DNA of 64,000 nt from Nocardioides sp. Lineage in GTDB: Bacteria > Actinomycetota > Actinomycetes > Propionibacteriales > Nocardioidaceae. The number at the start of each line of letters is the position of its first letter. The first letter of the stretch is position 1. The position numbers and the translations under genes were made by a program. Below the pieces are notes generated by a model. That model was not told the DNA's origin. It did not search any database and was given only the letters and a program-made list of their open reading frames with translations. This document shows, piece by piece, positions 28,083 to 37,424 of this stretch. The stretch is taken from contig NZ_DASSCL010000012.1 in assembly GCF_035697785.1 (NCBI RefSeq), forward strand, positions 736 to 64,735, read 5' to 3'.

Positions 28083-29426
28083 TCACGCCGGCTGCTGGCG
28101 AGGCGTTCCGGGGGTGGACGTGCGACGTCCCTTCCAGACCAGGTCCAGGACCACGCTCAGCAGCAGGATCACGACGAGGGCGATGGCGGTGCCCGGCTCC
28201 TCGACAAGCGTGGTGGCGGCGAAGGCGACTAGGACCACGACAGTCGTGACGTCGGCGACGATCAGCAGCCACGCCTGGGCACCGGTCTCGTGGCGGATCC
28301 GGAAATGGCCGAAGGTGACGAGCGTGAACACGACGAGCGCGACGGCGCTTCCGATGGAGGCGATCGCGTTCAGGTCGAAGAACAGCGCGAGTACGGCGGC
28401 CGCGACGGCCGTGACGACGATGCCGACGGGTGCCCGCCCACCGACACGGCCGCCCATCATCGGTGGGAACTGGCCCACAGCGGCCATCTCGTCCCCCAGA
28501 CCGGCAGCCGGGTAGAGGCCCGAGTTGGTGGCACCAGCCGTCGCGAAGAGAGCCGTGACCGTCATGAGCCAGTAGCCGGCGGCGCCGAGCACCGGCTCCG
28601 CGGCCACGGCGAGCGCGGTCCCTCCCGAGGACACGACCTCGTCGACGGTCAGCGTGCCGAAGACGCCGATCGCGACCGCGACGTACACGACCGTGGCGAT
28701 GCCGAGCGCCAGGTAGACGGCCCTCGGCAGCTGCCGGCCGGGGTCGCCGAGGTCCTTGGCGGTGAACGTGATGACACCGAAGCCGAGGAAGGCGAAGAAC
28801 GTCAGGGCGACGCTGGACACGATGTCCCGGAAGGACGGGTAACCGGAGAACGCCAGCAGGTCGATGTCCAGGTTGGTCAGCGTCGCGATCGAGAAGACCG
28901 TGAGGATGCCGACCACGACGACCACGACCAGGGTCTGCGCCTTCGCGACCGCCTGCGAACCCATCACGTTCAGGCCGGTCATCACCAGCAGGACGAGGAG
29001 GGCGAACGCGGTGACCCAGTCGGCGTTGTCGGCCACCGCCGCGCTCGCGTAGCTCCCGAAGGAGACCGCGACCATCGCGGTGATGATCGCGTTGACCGCC
29101 AGGAGCATCCAGGCGATGACCCCGGTGAAGTGGCCCTGTCCCCACCCCCGGATGACGTACTCGAGGAACCCGGCCGCGGAGGGGTAGCGCGCACCCAGCT
29201 TGGCGAAGGAGTACCCCTGCAGGGCCGCGACTGCGCCCGCGAGCAGGAACGAGATCCAGACCGCTGAACCGGCCACCTCACCCGCCGCGCCGAGCAGCGC
29301 GAAGATGCCGGCGCCCACCATGGAGCCGACCCCGATGAACGCCGCCTGCCGGACCGACAGGGTCGGTCTGCCCTGGCTCTCCGCGCCGACGTGCGTCCGG
29401 GGGCTCGGCTTGCCGGTGTCGGCCAT
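28083..29426 (-). CDS. APC family amino acid permease
   Basis: GVGSMVGAGIF, SFAKLGARYPSAAG, FFAFLGF; about 12 TM segments. Confidence 0.9.
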   Translation of the reverse strand: MADTGKPSPRTHVGAESQGRPTLSVRQAAFIGVGSMVGAGIFALLGAAGEVAGSAVWISFLLAGAVAALQGYSFAKLGARYPSAAGFLEYVIRGWGQGHFTGVIAWMLLAVNAIITAMVAVSFGSYASAAVADNADWVTAFALLVLLVMTGLNVMGSQAVAKAQTLVVVVVVGILTVFSIATLTNLDIDLLAFSGYPSFRDIVSSVALTFFAFLGFGVITFTAKDLGDPGRQLPRAVYLALGIATVVYVAVAIGVFGTLTVDEVVSSGGTALAVAAEPVLGAAGYWLMTVTALFATAGATNSGLYPAAGLGDEMAAVGQFPPMMGGRVGGRAPVGIVVTAVAAAVLALFFDLNAIASIGSAVALVVFTLVTFGHFRIRHETGAQAWLLIVADVTTVVVLVAFAATTLVEEPGTAIALVVILLLSVVLDLVWKGRRTSTPGTPRQQPA

Positions 29427-29583
29427 GCCGCCAGGTTGCGACCCGGGGATGCCGACGGCATCCCCCGCAACAGGCGAACTGTCCGATGGACGGAATGACC
29501 GGCTCACAGGGCACACCGGGCGGCTTCGGGCGTGGCCCCTTCCGATATCGACGTTTCCGCGCAAGAGTGGCCTTCCAGTCGAA

Positions 29584-29597
29584 GTGGCCCAGGCCAC
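29584..29597. promoter_or_regulatory. Possible CRP/GlxR-type site (GTG-N8-CAC) upstream of the Sdh1 operon
   Basis: GTGGCCCAGGCCAC palindrome 25 nt upstream of the first ATG; weak evidence in high-GC DNA. Confidence 0.3.
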
Positions 29598-29622
29598 GCT
29601 CCTTCCTGTTGGAGGTCTTCGG

Positions 29623-29898
29623 ATGTCTTCGAACGATGCGGTCGGCGCGACGCGAGAGGCGCTGACCACCCTGGCGGCGGCGGTGCTGCGGATCCGCAAC
29701 GAGTACGGCGACACCCTCGGCGTACGACGACTGACCTCGGACATCGACCGCCTGCACGCCGACCTCGACGAGCTCGGCGACCCCAAGCCGGGGCACACGC
29801 CCGGCGTCGACAAGGACGAGCTGATCGCGATCCCCGACGACCCCTACGACGAGAGCATGTGGCAAGACGCCCAGTCCGAGGCGCAGCACGCACTCTGA
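29623..29898 (+). CDS. Small Sdh1-operon accessory protein (Rv0250c-like)
   Basis: YGDTLGVRRL..DIDRL and IAIPDDPYDESMWQD; first gene of the operon; GGAGG RBS. Confidence 0.75.
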   Translation: MSSNDAVGATREALTTLAAAVLRIRNEYGDTLGVRRLTSDIDRLHADLDELGDPKPGHTPGVDKDELIAIPDDPYDESMWQDAQSEAQHAL

Positions 29899-29910
29899 GA
29901 GGCACCGTCC

Positions 29911-30699
29911 ATGTCGACAGGCGTCCGCAGTCCGAGTCGCGCCCGCATCGAGCAGAAGACCCTCCGGCAGGACCGTTGGTGGATCTACCCGACGGCGACG
30001 TTCGTGGTGTTCACCGCGTTCGTGGTCTACGCGACCTGGCGCGCGTTCGTAGGTGAGTTCTACTACTCGACGCCGTACCTCTCGCCGTTCTACTCCCCGT
30101 GCCTGGCCGGCAGCTGCGTCGAGGGGTCAGCCGACTTCGGTACGCCGTTCGAGTTCTGGCGGCTCTCGCCAGCGCTGATCATCTTGATCTTCCCGCTCGG
30201 CTTCCGGATGTCCTGCTACTACTACCGCAAGGCCTACTACCGGTCGTTCTGGCTGAGCCCGCCGGCCTGCGGGGTGGCCGAGCCGCACGGGAAGTACACC
30301 GGCGAGCGGCGGTTCCCGCTGATCCTGAACAACATCCACCGGTACTTCTTCTACGCCGCCGTGCTGGTCGCGCTCGTGCTCTCGTTCGACACGGTGCTCG
30401 CGTTCCGCGACGAGGACGGCGAGTGGGGCCATATGGGCCTCGGCACGTTGATCTTCCTGGTCAACATCGTGCTGATCTGGGCCTACACCCTCGGCTGCCA
30501 CTCCTGCCGGCACGTCGTGGGTGGCCGGCTGCGGCACTTCTCCAAGCACCCGATGCGCTATCGGGCCTGGACGCTGGTGTCGCGGCTCAACACCGACCAC
30601 GCCCGCTATGCCTGGCTGTCGCTGTTCTCCGTGGCGATCGCCGACTTCTACGTCTACCTCCTCGCCACCGGCACCATCTCCGACCCGAGGTTCTTTTGA
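29911..30699 (+). CDS. Sdh1-type succinate dehydrogenase membrane anchor (Rv0249c-like)
   Basis: LRQDRWW, FRMSCYYYRKAYYRSFW, HRYFFY, GCHSCRH. Confidence 0.88.
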   Translation: MSTGVRSPSRARIEQKTLRQDRWWIYPTATFVVFTAFVVYATWRAFVGEFYYSTPYLSPFYSPCLAGSCVEGSADFGTPFEFWRLSPALIILIFPLGFRMSCYYYRKAYYRSFWLSPPACGVAEPHGKYTGERRFPLILNNIHRYFFYAAVLVALVLSFDTVLAFRDEDGEWGHMGLGTLIFLVNIVLIWAYTLGCHSCRHVVGGRLRHFSKHPMRYRAWTLVSRLNTDHARYAWLSLFSVAIADFYVYLLATGTISDPRFF

Positions 30700-30777
30700 G
30701 CCACCCCACGACGCTGCACGCTCCCCCCGCTGCGCCCCTCCCGCTCGCACGGCCGCGGGGACCCCGGAAGGCTACGA

Positions 30778-32640
30778 ATGACTGAGTCCCAGACGGCCGA
30801 CGAGCGCCACCCGATGACCGGCAACCGCATGGATGCCGGTGTCTCATCAGGCCTCGAGCGCCACGCCTACGACGTCGTCGTCATCGGCGCCGGTGGCGCC
30901 GGGCTGCGCGCCGCGATCGCCGCCCACGACGCCGGCGCCAGCGTCGCGATCGTGTGCAAGTCCCTGCTCGGCAAGGCGCACACGGTGATGGCCGAGGGCG
31001 GGATCGCCGCGGCGATGGGCAACGTGTACGCCGAGGACGGTTGGCAGGTGCACTTCCGCGACACCATGCGCGGCGGCAAGATGCTCAACAACTGGCGGAT
31101 GGCGCAGCTGCACGCCCAGGAGGCGCCCGAGCGGGTGCTGGAGCTCGAGGAGTGGGGGGCGCTCTTCGACCGCACCGAGGACGGACTGATCTCCCAGCGG
31201 GACTTCGGTGGCCACCGCTACGCGCGGCTCGCCCACGTCGGGGACCGCACCGGGCTGGAGATGATCCGCACCCTGCAGCAGCGGGCGGTGGACCTCGGCA
31301 TCGACGTCTACATGGAGTGCACGATCACCGAGCTGTTCCGCGAGGCCGGACGGATCAGCGGCGCCTTCGGCTACTGGCGCGAGACCGGACGGTTCGTCGT
31401 GTTCGAGTCGCCGACCGTCGTCCTCGCCACCGGCGGGATCGGCAAGTCCTACCAGGTGACCTCGAACTCCTGGGAGTACACCGGCGACGGGCACGCCCTC
31501 GCCATGCGCGCCGGGGCCAGCCTGATCAACATGGAGTTCGTGCAGTTCCACCCCACCGGGATGGTCTGGCCCCCGTCGGTGAAGGGGATCCTCGTCACCG
31601 AGTCGGTCCGCGGCGACGGCGGCGTGTTGAAGAACTCCGAGGGCGAGCGGTTCATGTTCGACTACATCCCCGAGTACTTCAAGAAGGAGACGGCCGACAC
31701 GATCGAGGAGGCCGAGGGCTGGTACACCGACAAGAAGAACCACCGCAGGCCGCCCGAGCTGCTCCCGCGCGACGAGGTCGCCCGGGCGATCAACTCCGAG
31801 ATCAAGGCGGGCCGCGGGTCACCGCACGGCGGCGTCTACCTCGACATCGCGTCCCGGCGCAGCGCCGAGTTCATCCGCCGCCGGCTGCCGTCGATGTACC
31901 ACCAGTTCAAGGAGCTCGCCGACGTCGACATCACCGCCGAGCCGATGGAGGTCGGCCCGACCTGCCACTACGTGATGGGCGGGGTCGAGGTCGACGCCGA
32001 CACCGAGCAGAGCATCGTCGAGGGCCTGTACGCCGCGGGTGAGGTGGCCGGCGGCATGCACGGCTCCAACCGGCTCGGCGGCAACTCGCTGTCGGACCTG
32101 CTCGTGTTCGGTCGCCGCGCCGGCCACAACGCGGCGTACCACGCCTACCGCGCCCGCGACTCCCGGCCGAAGGTCACCGACGAGCAGGTGCGGGCGGCGT
32201 CTGCGGCGGCGCTGCACCCGTTCGAGGTCGAGGGCGGCGAGAACCCGTACACCATCCAGAAGGACCTGCAGGACGTCATGCAGCGACTGGTCGGCATCAT
32301 CCGCAAGGCCGACGAGCTCAAGGAGTCGCTGGGCGAGATCGAGAAGCTCAAGGCGCGGGCCAAGCAGCTGTCGGTCGAGGGACACCGGCAGTACAACCCA
32401 GGCTGGCACCTCGCGCTCGACCTCACCAACATGCTGGTCGTCAGCGAGTGCATCGCGAAGGCCGCGCTCGAGCGCGAGGAGTCGCGCGGCGGGCACACCC
32501 GCGACGACTACCCGAAGCCCGACGACCGGTGGGGCGCGCTCAACCTGGTGCTCACCCTCCCCGACGGGGAGACGGTGGACCTGAAGCACCAGCCCCTGCC
32601 GGTCATGCCGGAGGACCTGAAGGTGCTGTTCGACCAATGA
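30778..32640 (+). CDS. sdhA: Succinate dehydrogenase/fumarate reductase flavoprotein (Sdh1, Rv0248c-like)
   Basis: GAGGAG, AHTVMAEGG covalent FAD His, QFHPTG, HYVMGG, HGSNRLGGNSL, ESRGGH. Confidence 0.95.
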   Translation: MTESQTADERHPMTGNRMDAGVSSGLERHAYDVVVIGAGGAGLRAAIAAHDAGASVAIVCKSLLGKAHTVMAEGGIAAAMGNVYAEDGWQVHFRDTMRGGKMLNNWRMAQLHAQEAPERVLELEEWGALFDRTEDGLISQRDFGGHRYARLAHVGDRTGLEMIRTLQQRAVDLGIDVYMECTITELFREAGRISGAFGYWRETGRFVVFESPTVVLATGGIGKSYQVTSNSWEYTGDGHALAMRAGASLINMEFVQFHPTGMVWPPSVKGILVTESVRGDGGVLKNSEGERFMFDYIPEYFKKETADTIEEAEGWYTDKKNHRRPPELLPRDEVARAINSEIKAGRGSPHGGVYLDIASRRSAEFIRRRLPSMYHQFKELADVDITAEPMEVGPTCHYVMGGVEVDADTEQSIVEGLYAAGEVAGGMHGSNRLGGNSLSDLLVFGRRAGHNAAYHAYRARDSRPKVTDEQVRAASAAALHPFEVEGGENPYTIQKDLQDVMQRLVGIIRKADELKESLGEIEKLKARAKQLSVEGHRQYNPGWHLALDLTNMLVVSECIAKAALEREESRGGHTRDDYPKPDDRWGALNLVLTLPDGETVDLKHQPLPVMPEDLKVLFDQ

Positions 32641-32647
32641 CGAGATC

Positions 32648-32670
32648 GGTGGTCGAGCCCGTCGAGACCC
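32648..32670. repeat. Short GGTGGTCGAGCCCGTCGAGACC REP-like unit
   Basis: Sits between sdhA and sdhB; resembles, from memory, a short palindromic repeat common in Nocardioides/Microbacterium; one clear copy here. Confidence 0.4.
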
Positions 32671-32689
32671 ACCCGTTGAAGGAGAGTTG

Positions 32690-33466
32690 ATGGGTTACAA
32701 CCTGCGGATGAAGGTCTGGCGCGGCGACGCGACGGGCGGCGCGCTCGGCGACTACAACGTCGCGGTCGAGGAGGGTGAGGTCGTCCTCGACGCGATCCAC
32801 CGGCTGCAGGCAACCCAGGCCGGCGACCTCGCGGTGCGTTGGAACTGCAAGGCCGGCAAGTGCGGCTCGTGCAGCGCCGAGATCAACGGACGGCCGCGGC
32901 TGATGTGCATGACCCGGCTCTCCGACTTCGAGGAGGACGAGGTCATCACGGTCACGCCGATGCGTGCGTTCCCGGTGATCCGGGACCTGGTCACCGACGT
33001 CTCGTACAACTACGAGAAGGCCAAGCAGGTGCCCTCGGCGCGGCTCACCCCGCGCGACCCCGACGGCAAGCGCCGGATGCAGCAGGCCGACGTCGAGCGC
33101 GGCCAGGAGTTCCGCAAGTGCATCGAGTGCTTCCTGTGCCAGAACACCTGCCACGTCGTGCGCGACCACGAGGAGAACAAGCCGGCCTTCGCCGGCCCGC
33201 GGTTCTTCCTCCGGTACGCCGAGCTCGACATGCACCCGCTCGACACCCACGACCGCCGCGCGCTGGCCCAGGAGGCCGCCGGCCTTGGGATGTGCAACAT
33301 CACCAAGTGCTGCACCGAGGTCTGCCCCGAGGGCATCAAGATCACCGACAACGCGATCATCCCGATGAAGGAACGCGTCGTGGACCGCAAGTACGACCCC
33401 GTCGTCTGGCTCGGCGAGAAGATCTTCAAGCGCTCCGACCGTGCCTCCCGCGAGGAGACGCCCTAG
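32690..33466 (+). CDS. sdhB: Succinate dehydrogenase iron-sulfur subunit (Sdh1)
   Basis: CKAGKCGSC, CIECFLCQNTC, CNITKCCTEVCP. Confidence 0.95.
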   Translation: MGYNLRMKVWRGDATGGALGDYNVAVEEGEVVLDAIHRLQATQAGDLAVRWNCKAGKCGSCSAEINGRPRLMCMTRLSDFEEDEVITVTPMRAFPVIRDLVTDVSYNYEKAKQVPSARLTPRDPDGKRRMQQADVERGQEFRKCIECFLCQNTCHVVRDHEENKPAFAGPRFFLRYAELDMHPLDTHDRRALAQEAAGLGMCNITKCCTEVCPEGIKITDNAIIPMKERVVDRKYDPVVWLGEKIFKRSDRASREETP

Positions 33467-33559
33467 CGCCGAGGAGTCAGACAGTAAGGCTCGTGGACGG
33501 CGTGTCGCTGCACGAGTGACCCCTCGCCGTCCGGCGCGGCCGCGGCGTACGGTCGAGCC

Positions 33560-33841
33560 ATGGCACTTCTCGAGAAGCAGGAGATCGACAGCGCTCTCGC
33601 CGGCGACCTCAGCGAGTGGTCGCGGGAGGGCGACAGCATCGTGCGTTCGGTCCAGGCGTCGTCGTTCCTCGAGGGCATCGAGCTGGTACGCCGGGTCGGG
33701 GAGGCAGCCGAGGCCTCCGACCACCACCCGGACATCGACATCAGGTGGCGGACGGTGACGTTCCGGCTGTCCACGCACAGCGAGGGCGGCATCACCGACA
33801 AGGACGTGGTGATGGCCGGGACGATCGACAAGCTCGTCTGA
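33560..33841 (+). CDS. Pterin-4-alpha-carbinolamine dehydratase
   Basis: AEASDHHPDIDIRW, LSTHSEGGITDKD. Confidence 0.92.
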   Translation: MALLEKQEIDSALAGDLSEWSREGDSIVRSVQASSFLEGIELVRRVGEAAEASDHHPDIDIRWRTVTFRLSTHSEGGITDKDVVMAGTIDKLV

Positions 33842-33850
33842 GTTGACGGC

Positions 33851-34471
33851 TCAGAGGTACATGCCGCTGCGGCCGTGGTCGTCGCCGTCCTCGCCCTGCT
33901 GAGCGGCCCGCGCGGCGTGGGCCTGCTGGGCGGCCCGGAGCGCCTCCTCGGAGGGCACCATGCCGGGCGGCAGCGCGCGGCGCATCTGCTCGAGCTGCGC
34001 ACGGGCCGCGACCTGCTGGGCGTATATCGCGGTCTGGATGCCGTGGAACAGCCCCTCCAGCCAGCCGACCAGCTGTGCCTGGGCGATCCGCAGCTCTGCC
34101 TCGGACGGGGTGTCGGAGCTGAACGGGAGCGACAGCCGCTCCAGCTCCTCGACGAGCTCGGGGGCGAGGCCGGCCTCGAGCTCCTTGATCGACGAGCGGT
34201 GGATGCCGGCGAGGCGGGCCCGGCTGGCCTCGTCGAGCGGTGCCGACTTCACCTCCTCGAGGAGCTGCCGGATCATGCTGCCGATCCGCATCACCTTGGC
34301 CGGCTGCTCGACCAGGTCGGTGATCTGCCGCTCCGCCTCTTCGGCGTCGTCGTCCGACAGGTCGGCGGTGTGCCGGCCACCCGCCGTGCCCATGCCGTCG
34401 GGGCCGACCACCATCACGCGGGGGTCGTCGGTCTCGGGGGCGGCCTGGGGGTGCGGGTGCGACTCGGTCAT
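33851..34471 (-). CDS. bpa: Bacterial proteasome activator Bpa/PafE (DUF2587)
   Basis: VEQPAKVMRIGSMIRQLLEEV, ELRIAQAQLVGWLEGLFHGIQ, C-terminal GMYL proteasome-docking tail. Confidence 0.92.
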   Translation of the reverse strand: MTESHPHPQAAPETDDPRVMVVGPDGMGTAGGRHTADLSDDDAEEAERQITDLVEQPAKVMRIGSMIRQLLEEVKSAPLDEASRARLAGIHRSSIKELEAGLAPELVEELERLSLPFSSDTPSEAELRIAQAQLVGWLEGLFHGIQTAIYAQQVAARAQLEQMRRALPPGMVPSEEALRAAQQAHAARAAQQGEDGDDHGRSGMYL

Positions 34472-34514
34472 GCATCCCACCCTAGACGGGGCGCCGTGAG
34501 GGCAACGGGGTCGG

Positions 34515-35498
34515 TCAAGCGCCGGTGGTGAGCAGGATCTTGCCGGTGTGTCCGCTCTCCTCCATGAGCCGGTGCGCGTCCGCGACCCGTTCGAGCGGCA
34601 GGGTGGTGTGCACGACCGGCTTGACGGAGCCGTCCGCGACCAGCGGCCAGATGTGCTCGACGACGGCCGCACAGATCGCGGCCTTCTCCTCGACCGGGCG
34701 GGCCCGTAGCGACGTGGCGACCACGGCACCGCGCTTGCGCAGCAGCTTGCCGAGGTCGAGCTCGCCCTTGGCGCCGCCCTGCATCCCGATGACGACCAGT
34801 CGGCCCTCGGTCGCGAGCGCGTCGAGGTTGCGGTCCAGGTACGACGCACCCATGTTGTCGAGGATCACGTCGGCCCCGCGACCGTCGGTGGCGCGGCGTA
34901 CCTCCTCGACGAAGTCCTGCTCCCGGTAGTTCACGACGACGTCCGCGCCGAGCGACCGGCACAGCTCGAGCTTCTCCGCCGAGCCGGCCGTCGTCACGAC
35001 ACGGGCGCCCAGCGCGTGCGCGAGCTGGATGGCCATCGTGCCGATGCCGCCGGCACCACCGTGCACGAGCAGGGTCTCCTCGGCCCGCAGCCCCGCCACC
35101 ATGAACACGTTGGACCACACCGTGCACGCCACCTCGGGCAGCGCGCTGGCGACCGCCAGGTCCACCCCCTCCGGCACCGGCATCAGCTGCCCCGCCGGCA
35201 CCGAGACCTTGGTGGCGTAGCCGCCGCCGGCCAGCAGCGCACAGACCGGATCGCCCACCGACCAGCCGCTGACCTCGTCGCCGACCGCACTCACGGTGCC
35301 CGAGCACTCCAGCCCGAGTACGTCGGAGGCGCCCGGTGGTGGCGGGTAGAAGCCCCTGCGCTGCAACGTGTCCGCACGGTTCACCGCGGTGGCGACGACG
35401 TCCACGACGACCTCACCGGGCGCGGGGGTCGGGTCGGGCAGCTCGGAGATCTCGAGGACCTCGGGGCCCCCGGGCTCGGAGGCGATGACGGCACGCAT
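34515..35498 (-). CDS. NAD(P)H-quinone oxidoreductase (PIG3-like, MDR family)
   Basis: VNRADTLQRRGFY, LPEVACTVWSN, HGGAGGIG, HTGKILL. Confidence 0.92.
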   Translation of the reverse strand: MRAVIASEPGGPEVLEISELPDPTPAPGEVVVDVVATAVNRADTLQRRGFYPPPPGASDVLGLECSGTVSAVGDEVSGWSVGDPVCALLAGGGYATKVSVPAGQLMPVPEGVDLAVASALPEVACTVWSNVFMVAGLRAEETLLVHGGAGGIGTMAIQLAHALGARVVTTAGSAEKLELCRSLGADVVVNYREQDFVEEVRRATDGRGADVILDNMGASYLDRNLDALATEGRLVVIGMQGGAKGELDLGKLLRKRGAVVATSLRARPVEEKAAICAAVVEHIWPLVADGSVKPVVHTTLPLERVADAHRLMEESGHTGKILLTTGA

Positions 35499-35530
35499 GG
35501 TGCCGACGCTAGCCCAGGCGCTGCGACGAG

Positions 35531-35833
35531 CTACTCGACGTCCACCAGGTCCTCGTCCACCTCGACCTCGACCTCGACCTCGGCCAGCTCGTCCTTCTCG
35601 CCGCCCCACTTCTCGGCGAGCTCGGACGCGCGCCCCGCCAGCTCCTCGACCTTCTCGGGGCTGCCGCCACCCAGCGCCGCCGCGTAGCCCAGCAGGTAGG
35701 TGGTGATCGGTGCCGCGACCCGCTCCACCGAGTGGGCGGCGTCGCGGGCCAGGTCCAGGATGATGCCCTCATCGACCTCGGCGTCGATGTCGAGCGCATC
35801 GCACAGTTCGTCTATCCAGTCGTGGAGCGTCAC
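35531..35833 (-). CDS. DUF6457-like small protein
   Basis: LHDWIDELC, ILDLARDAAHSVERVAAPITTYLLG; next to a MobA-like gene. Confidence 0.75.
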   Translation of the reverse strand: MTLHDWIDELCDALDIDAEVDEGIILDLARDAAHSVERVAAPITTYLLGYAAALGGGSPEKVEELAGRASELAEKWGGEKDELAEVEVEVEVDEDLVDVE

Positions 35834-35955
35834 GCGTTCCAGCGTCGTACGAGCACCGGGAAGTTGCAAGGTCCGTCCCGGCCGGACTGGCGGGTCCGGG
35901 CGGACCATCCGGGCCAAACCAGGCCGGCCACCCGGAAGGTCGCTCGAGCCACAGG

Positions 35956-36552
35956 TCAGCCGCCGAGGTCGCGCAGGTCCGTCCAGGAGTCGATGTCGCG
36001 CGCCTCGTCGCCCACCGCGGCCACGTCCGCGAGGTCGAGCCCGTCCACCAGCCGGCGCACCGCCAGACCGTGCTCGTCCTGGCGCGACACCGGTCGCGCC
36101 GCCTGGAGGGACGAGACGCGGTACACCGCCGCCAGCGGCTGTCGCCGCCCGCCCGGGTCCACGAGCACGGCGCCGTCCGATGCGGGGTCGGCCTCGACGG
36201 CCCAGGTGAGCCGGGCCACCGTGCCGGCGTTGACCTTCGGCATGTCCACCGCCAGTGCGCACACGAGGTCTGGTGGCCGCGCGAACCGGTCGAGCCCCGC
36301 GAGCAGGCCGGCCGCGGGACCACCGCCGACCGGGTCCTCGCGCGTCCACGTGACAGGGCGGCTGGTCGGCACCTCCGCCCCGACCACCACCACCTCGACG
36401 GCCGGCAAGGTGGCGGCCAGGGCCCGCTCCAGCAGGGTCACGCCGTCGAGCTCGATCGAGGCCTTGTCGACGCCGCCCATCCGGGCGGCCGTCCCGCCGG
36501 CCAGCACCACGGCGCCGAGCCGCAGCGGGGTGCCGGCAGCGGGACCTTCCAT
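35956..36552 (-). CDS. MobA-like nucleotidyltransferase (molybdenum cofactor guanylyltransferase family)
   Basis: VLAGGTAARMGGVDKA, GGGPAAG, LAVDMP, DIDSWTD. Confidence 0.85.
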   Translation of the reverse strand: MEGPAAGTPLRLGAVVLAGGTAARMGGVDKASIELDGVTLLERALAATLPAVEVVVVGAEVPTSRPVTWTREDPVGGGPAAGLLAGLDRFARPPDLVCALAVDMPKVNAGTVARLTWAVEADPASDGAVLVDPGGRRQPLAAVYRVSSLQAARPVSRQDEHGLAVRRLVDGLDLADVAAVGDEARDIDSWTDLRDLGG

Positions 36553-36578
36553 GCCGGCAAGTCTGGCAGGCTGGGGTG

Positions 36579-37382
36579 ATGGCCTCGCCGCGTTCGGACG
36601 ACCTCACCGTCTGCCTCGTGCAGCGTGCCTCGGGGCTCGAGCCGGCCGAGAACCGCGCCGCCCTCGAGGTCGTCGCCGAGGTCGCCGCCGGCCGCCCGAA
36701 GCCGCTGCTGGTGGTGTTCCCCGAGGTCTTCGCCCGCGACTTCGGCAAGCCCGGCTCCGACATCTCGTCGTACGCCGAACCGCTCGACGGCCCCTTCGTG
36801 CAGCGGCTGAGCGACCTGGCCGGTGAGCACGACGTCACCCTGGTGGCCGGGATGTTCGAGGTCAGCGAGGACCCCGACCGGCCCTACAACACCCTCGTCG
36901 TGGTCGGCCCGGACGGCCTCCGGGCGACGTACCGGAAGATCCACCTCTACGACTCGTTCGGCTACCGGGAGTCCGACCGGCTGCTCGCCGGCCCGATCGA
37001 CCCCGTCGTCGTCGAGGTCCACGGGATGCAGGTGGGCCTGATGACCTGCTACGACCTTCGGTTCCCCGAGCTCGCCCGTGCGCTGGTCGACCGCGGCGCC
37101 GAGCTCGTCGTGGTGCCGGCGGCCTGGGTGGCGGGGGAGCGCAAGGTGGACCACTGGCGCACGCTCGTCATCGCGCGGGCCGTGGAGAACACCGTGTACG
37201 TCGCGGCCGCCGCCCAGCCGGGGCCTCGCTACAGCGGCCACTCGATGGTCGTGGCGCCCACCGGCGAGGTGCTCGACGAGGCCGACGAGTCCGACGGCCG
37301 GGTGGTCGCGGCGCCGGTCGGTGCCGGCCTGCTCGCCGAGGTGCGCTCCACGAATCCGTCCCTGGTCAACCGCCGGATGTGA
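36579..37382 (+). CDS. Carbon-nitrogen hydrolase (Nit1/deaminated-glutathione amidase-like)
   Basis: Catalytic triad contexts FPE, YRKIHLYD, TCYDLRFPE; ARAVEN. Confidence 0.9.
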   Translation: MASPRSDDLTVCLVQRASGLEPAENRAALEVVAEVAAGRPKPLLVVFPEVFARDFGKPGSDISSYAEPLDGPFVQRLSDLAGEHDVTLVAGMFEVSEDPDRPYNTLVVVGPDGLRATYRKIHLYDSFGYRESDRLLAGPIDPVVVEVHGMQVGLMTCYDLRFPELARALVDRGAELVVVPAAWVAGERKVDHWRTLVIARAVENTVYVAAAAQPGPRYSGHSMVVAPTGEVLDEADESDGRVVAAPVGAGLLAEVRSTNPSLVNRRM

Positions 37383-37424
37383 GCCGCCGGCCGGGAGATA
37401 TCCTGCGGGGGTCCGCTGCGGGAC

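Noticed and set aside
35534-35582. Short CCTCGA tandem repeats
   Set aside because: They encode the acidic EVEVEVDE tail of the DUF6457-like protein; this is low-complexity coding sequence.
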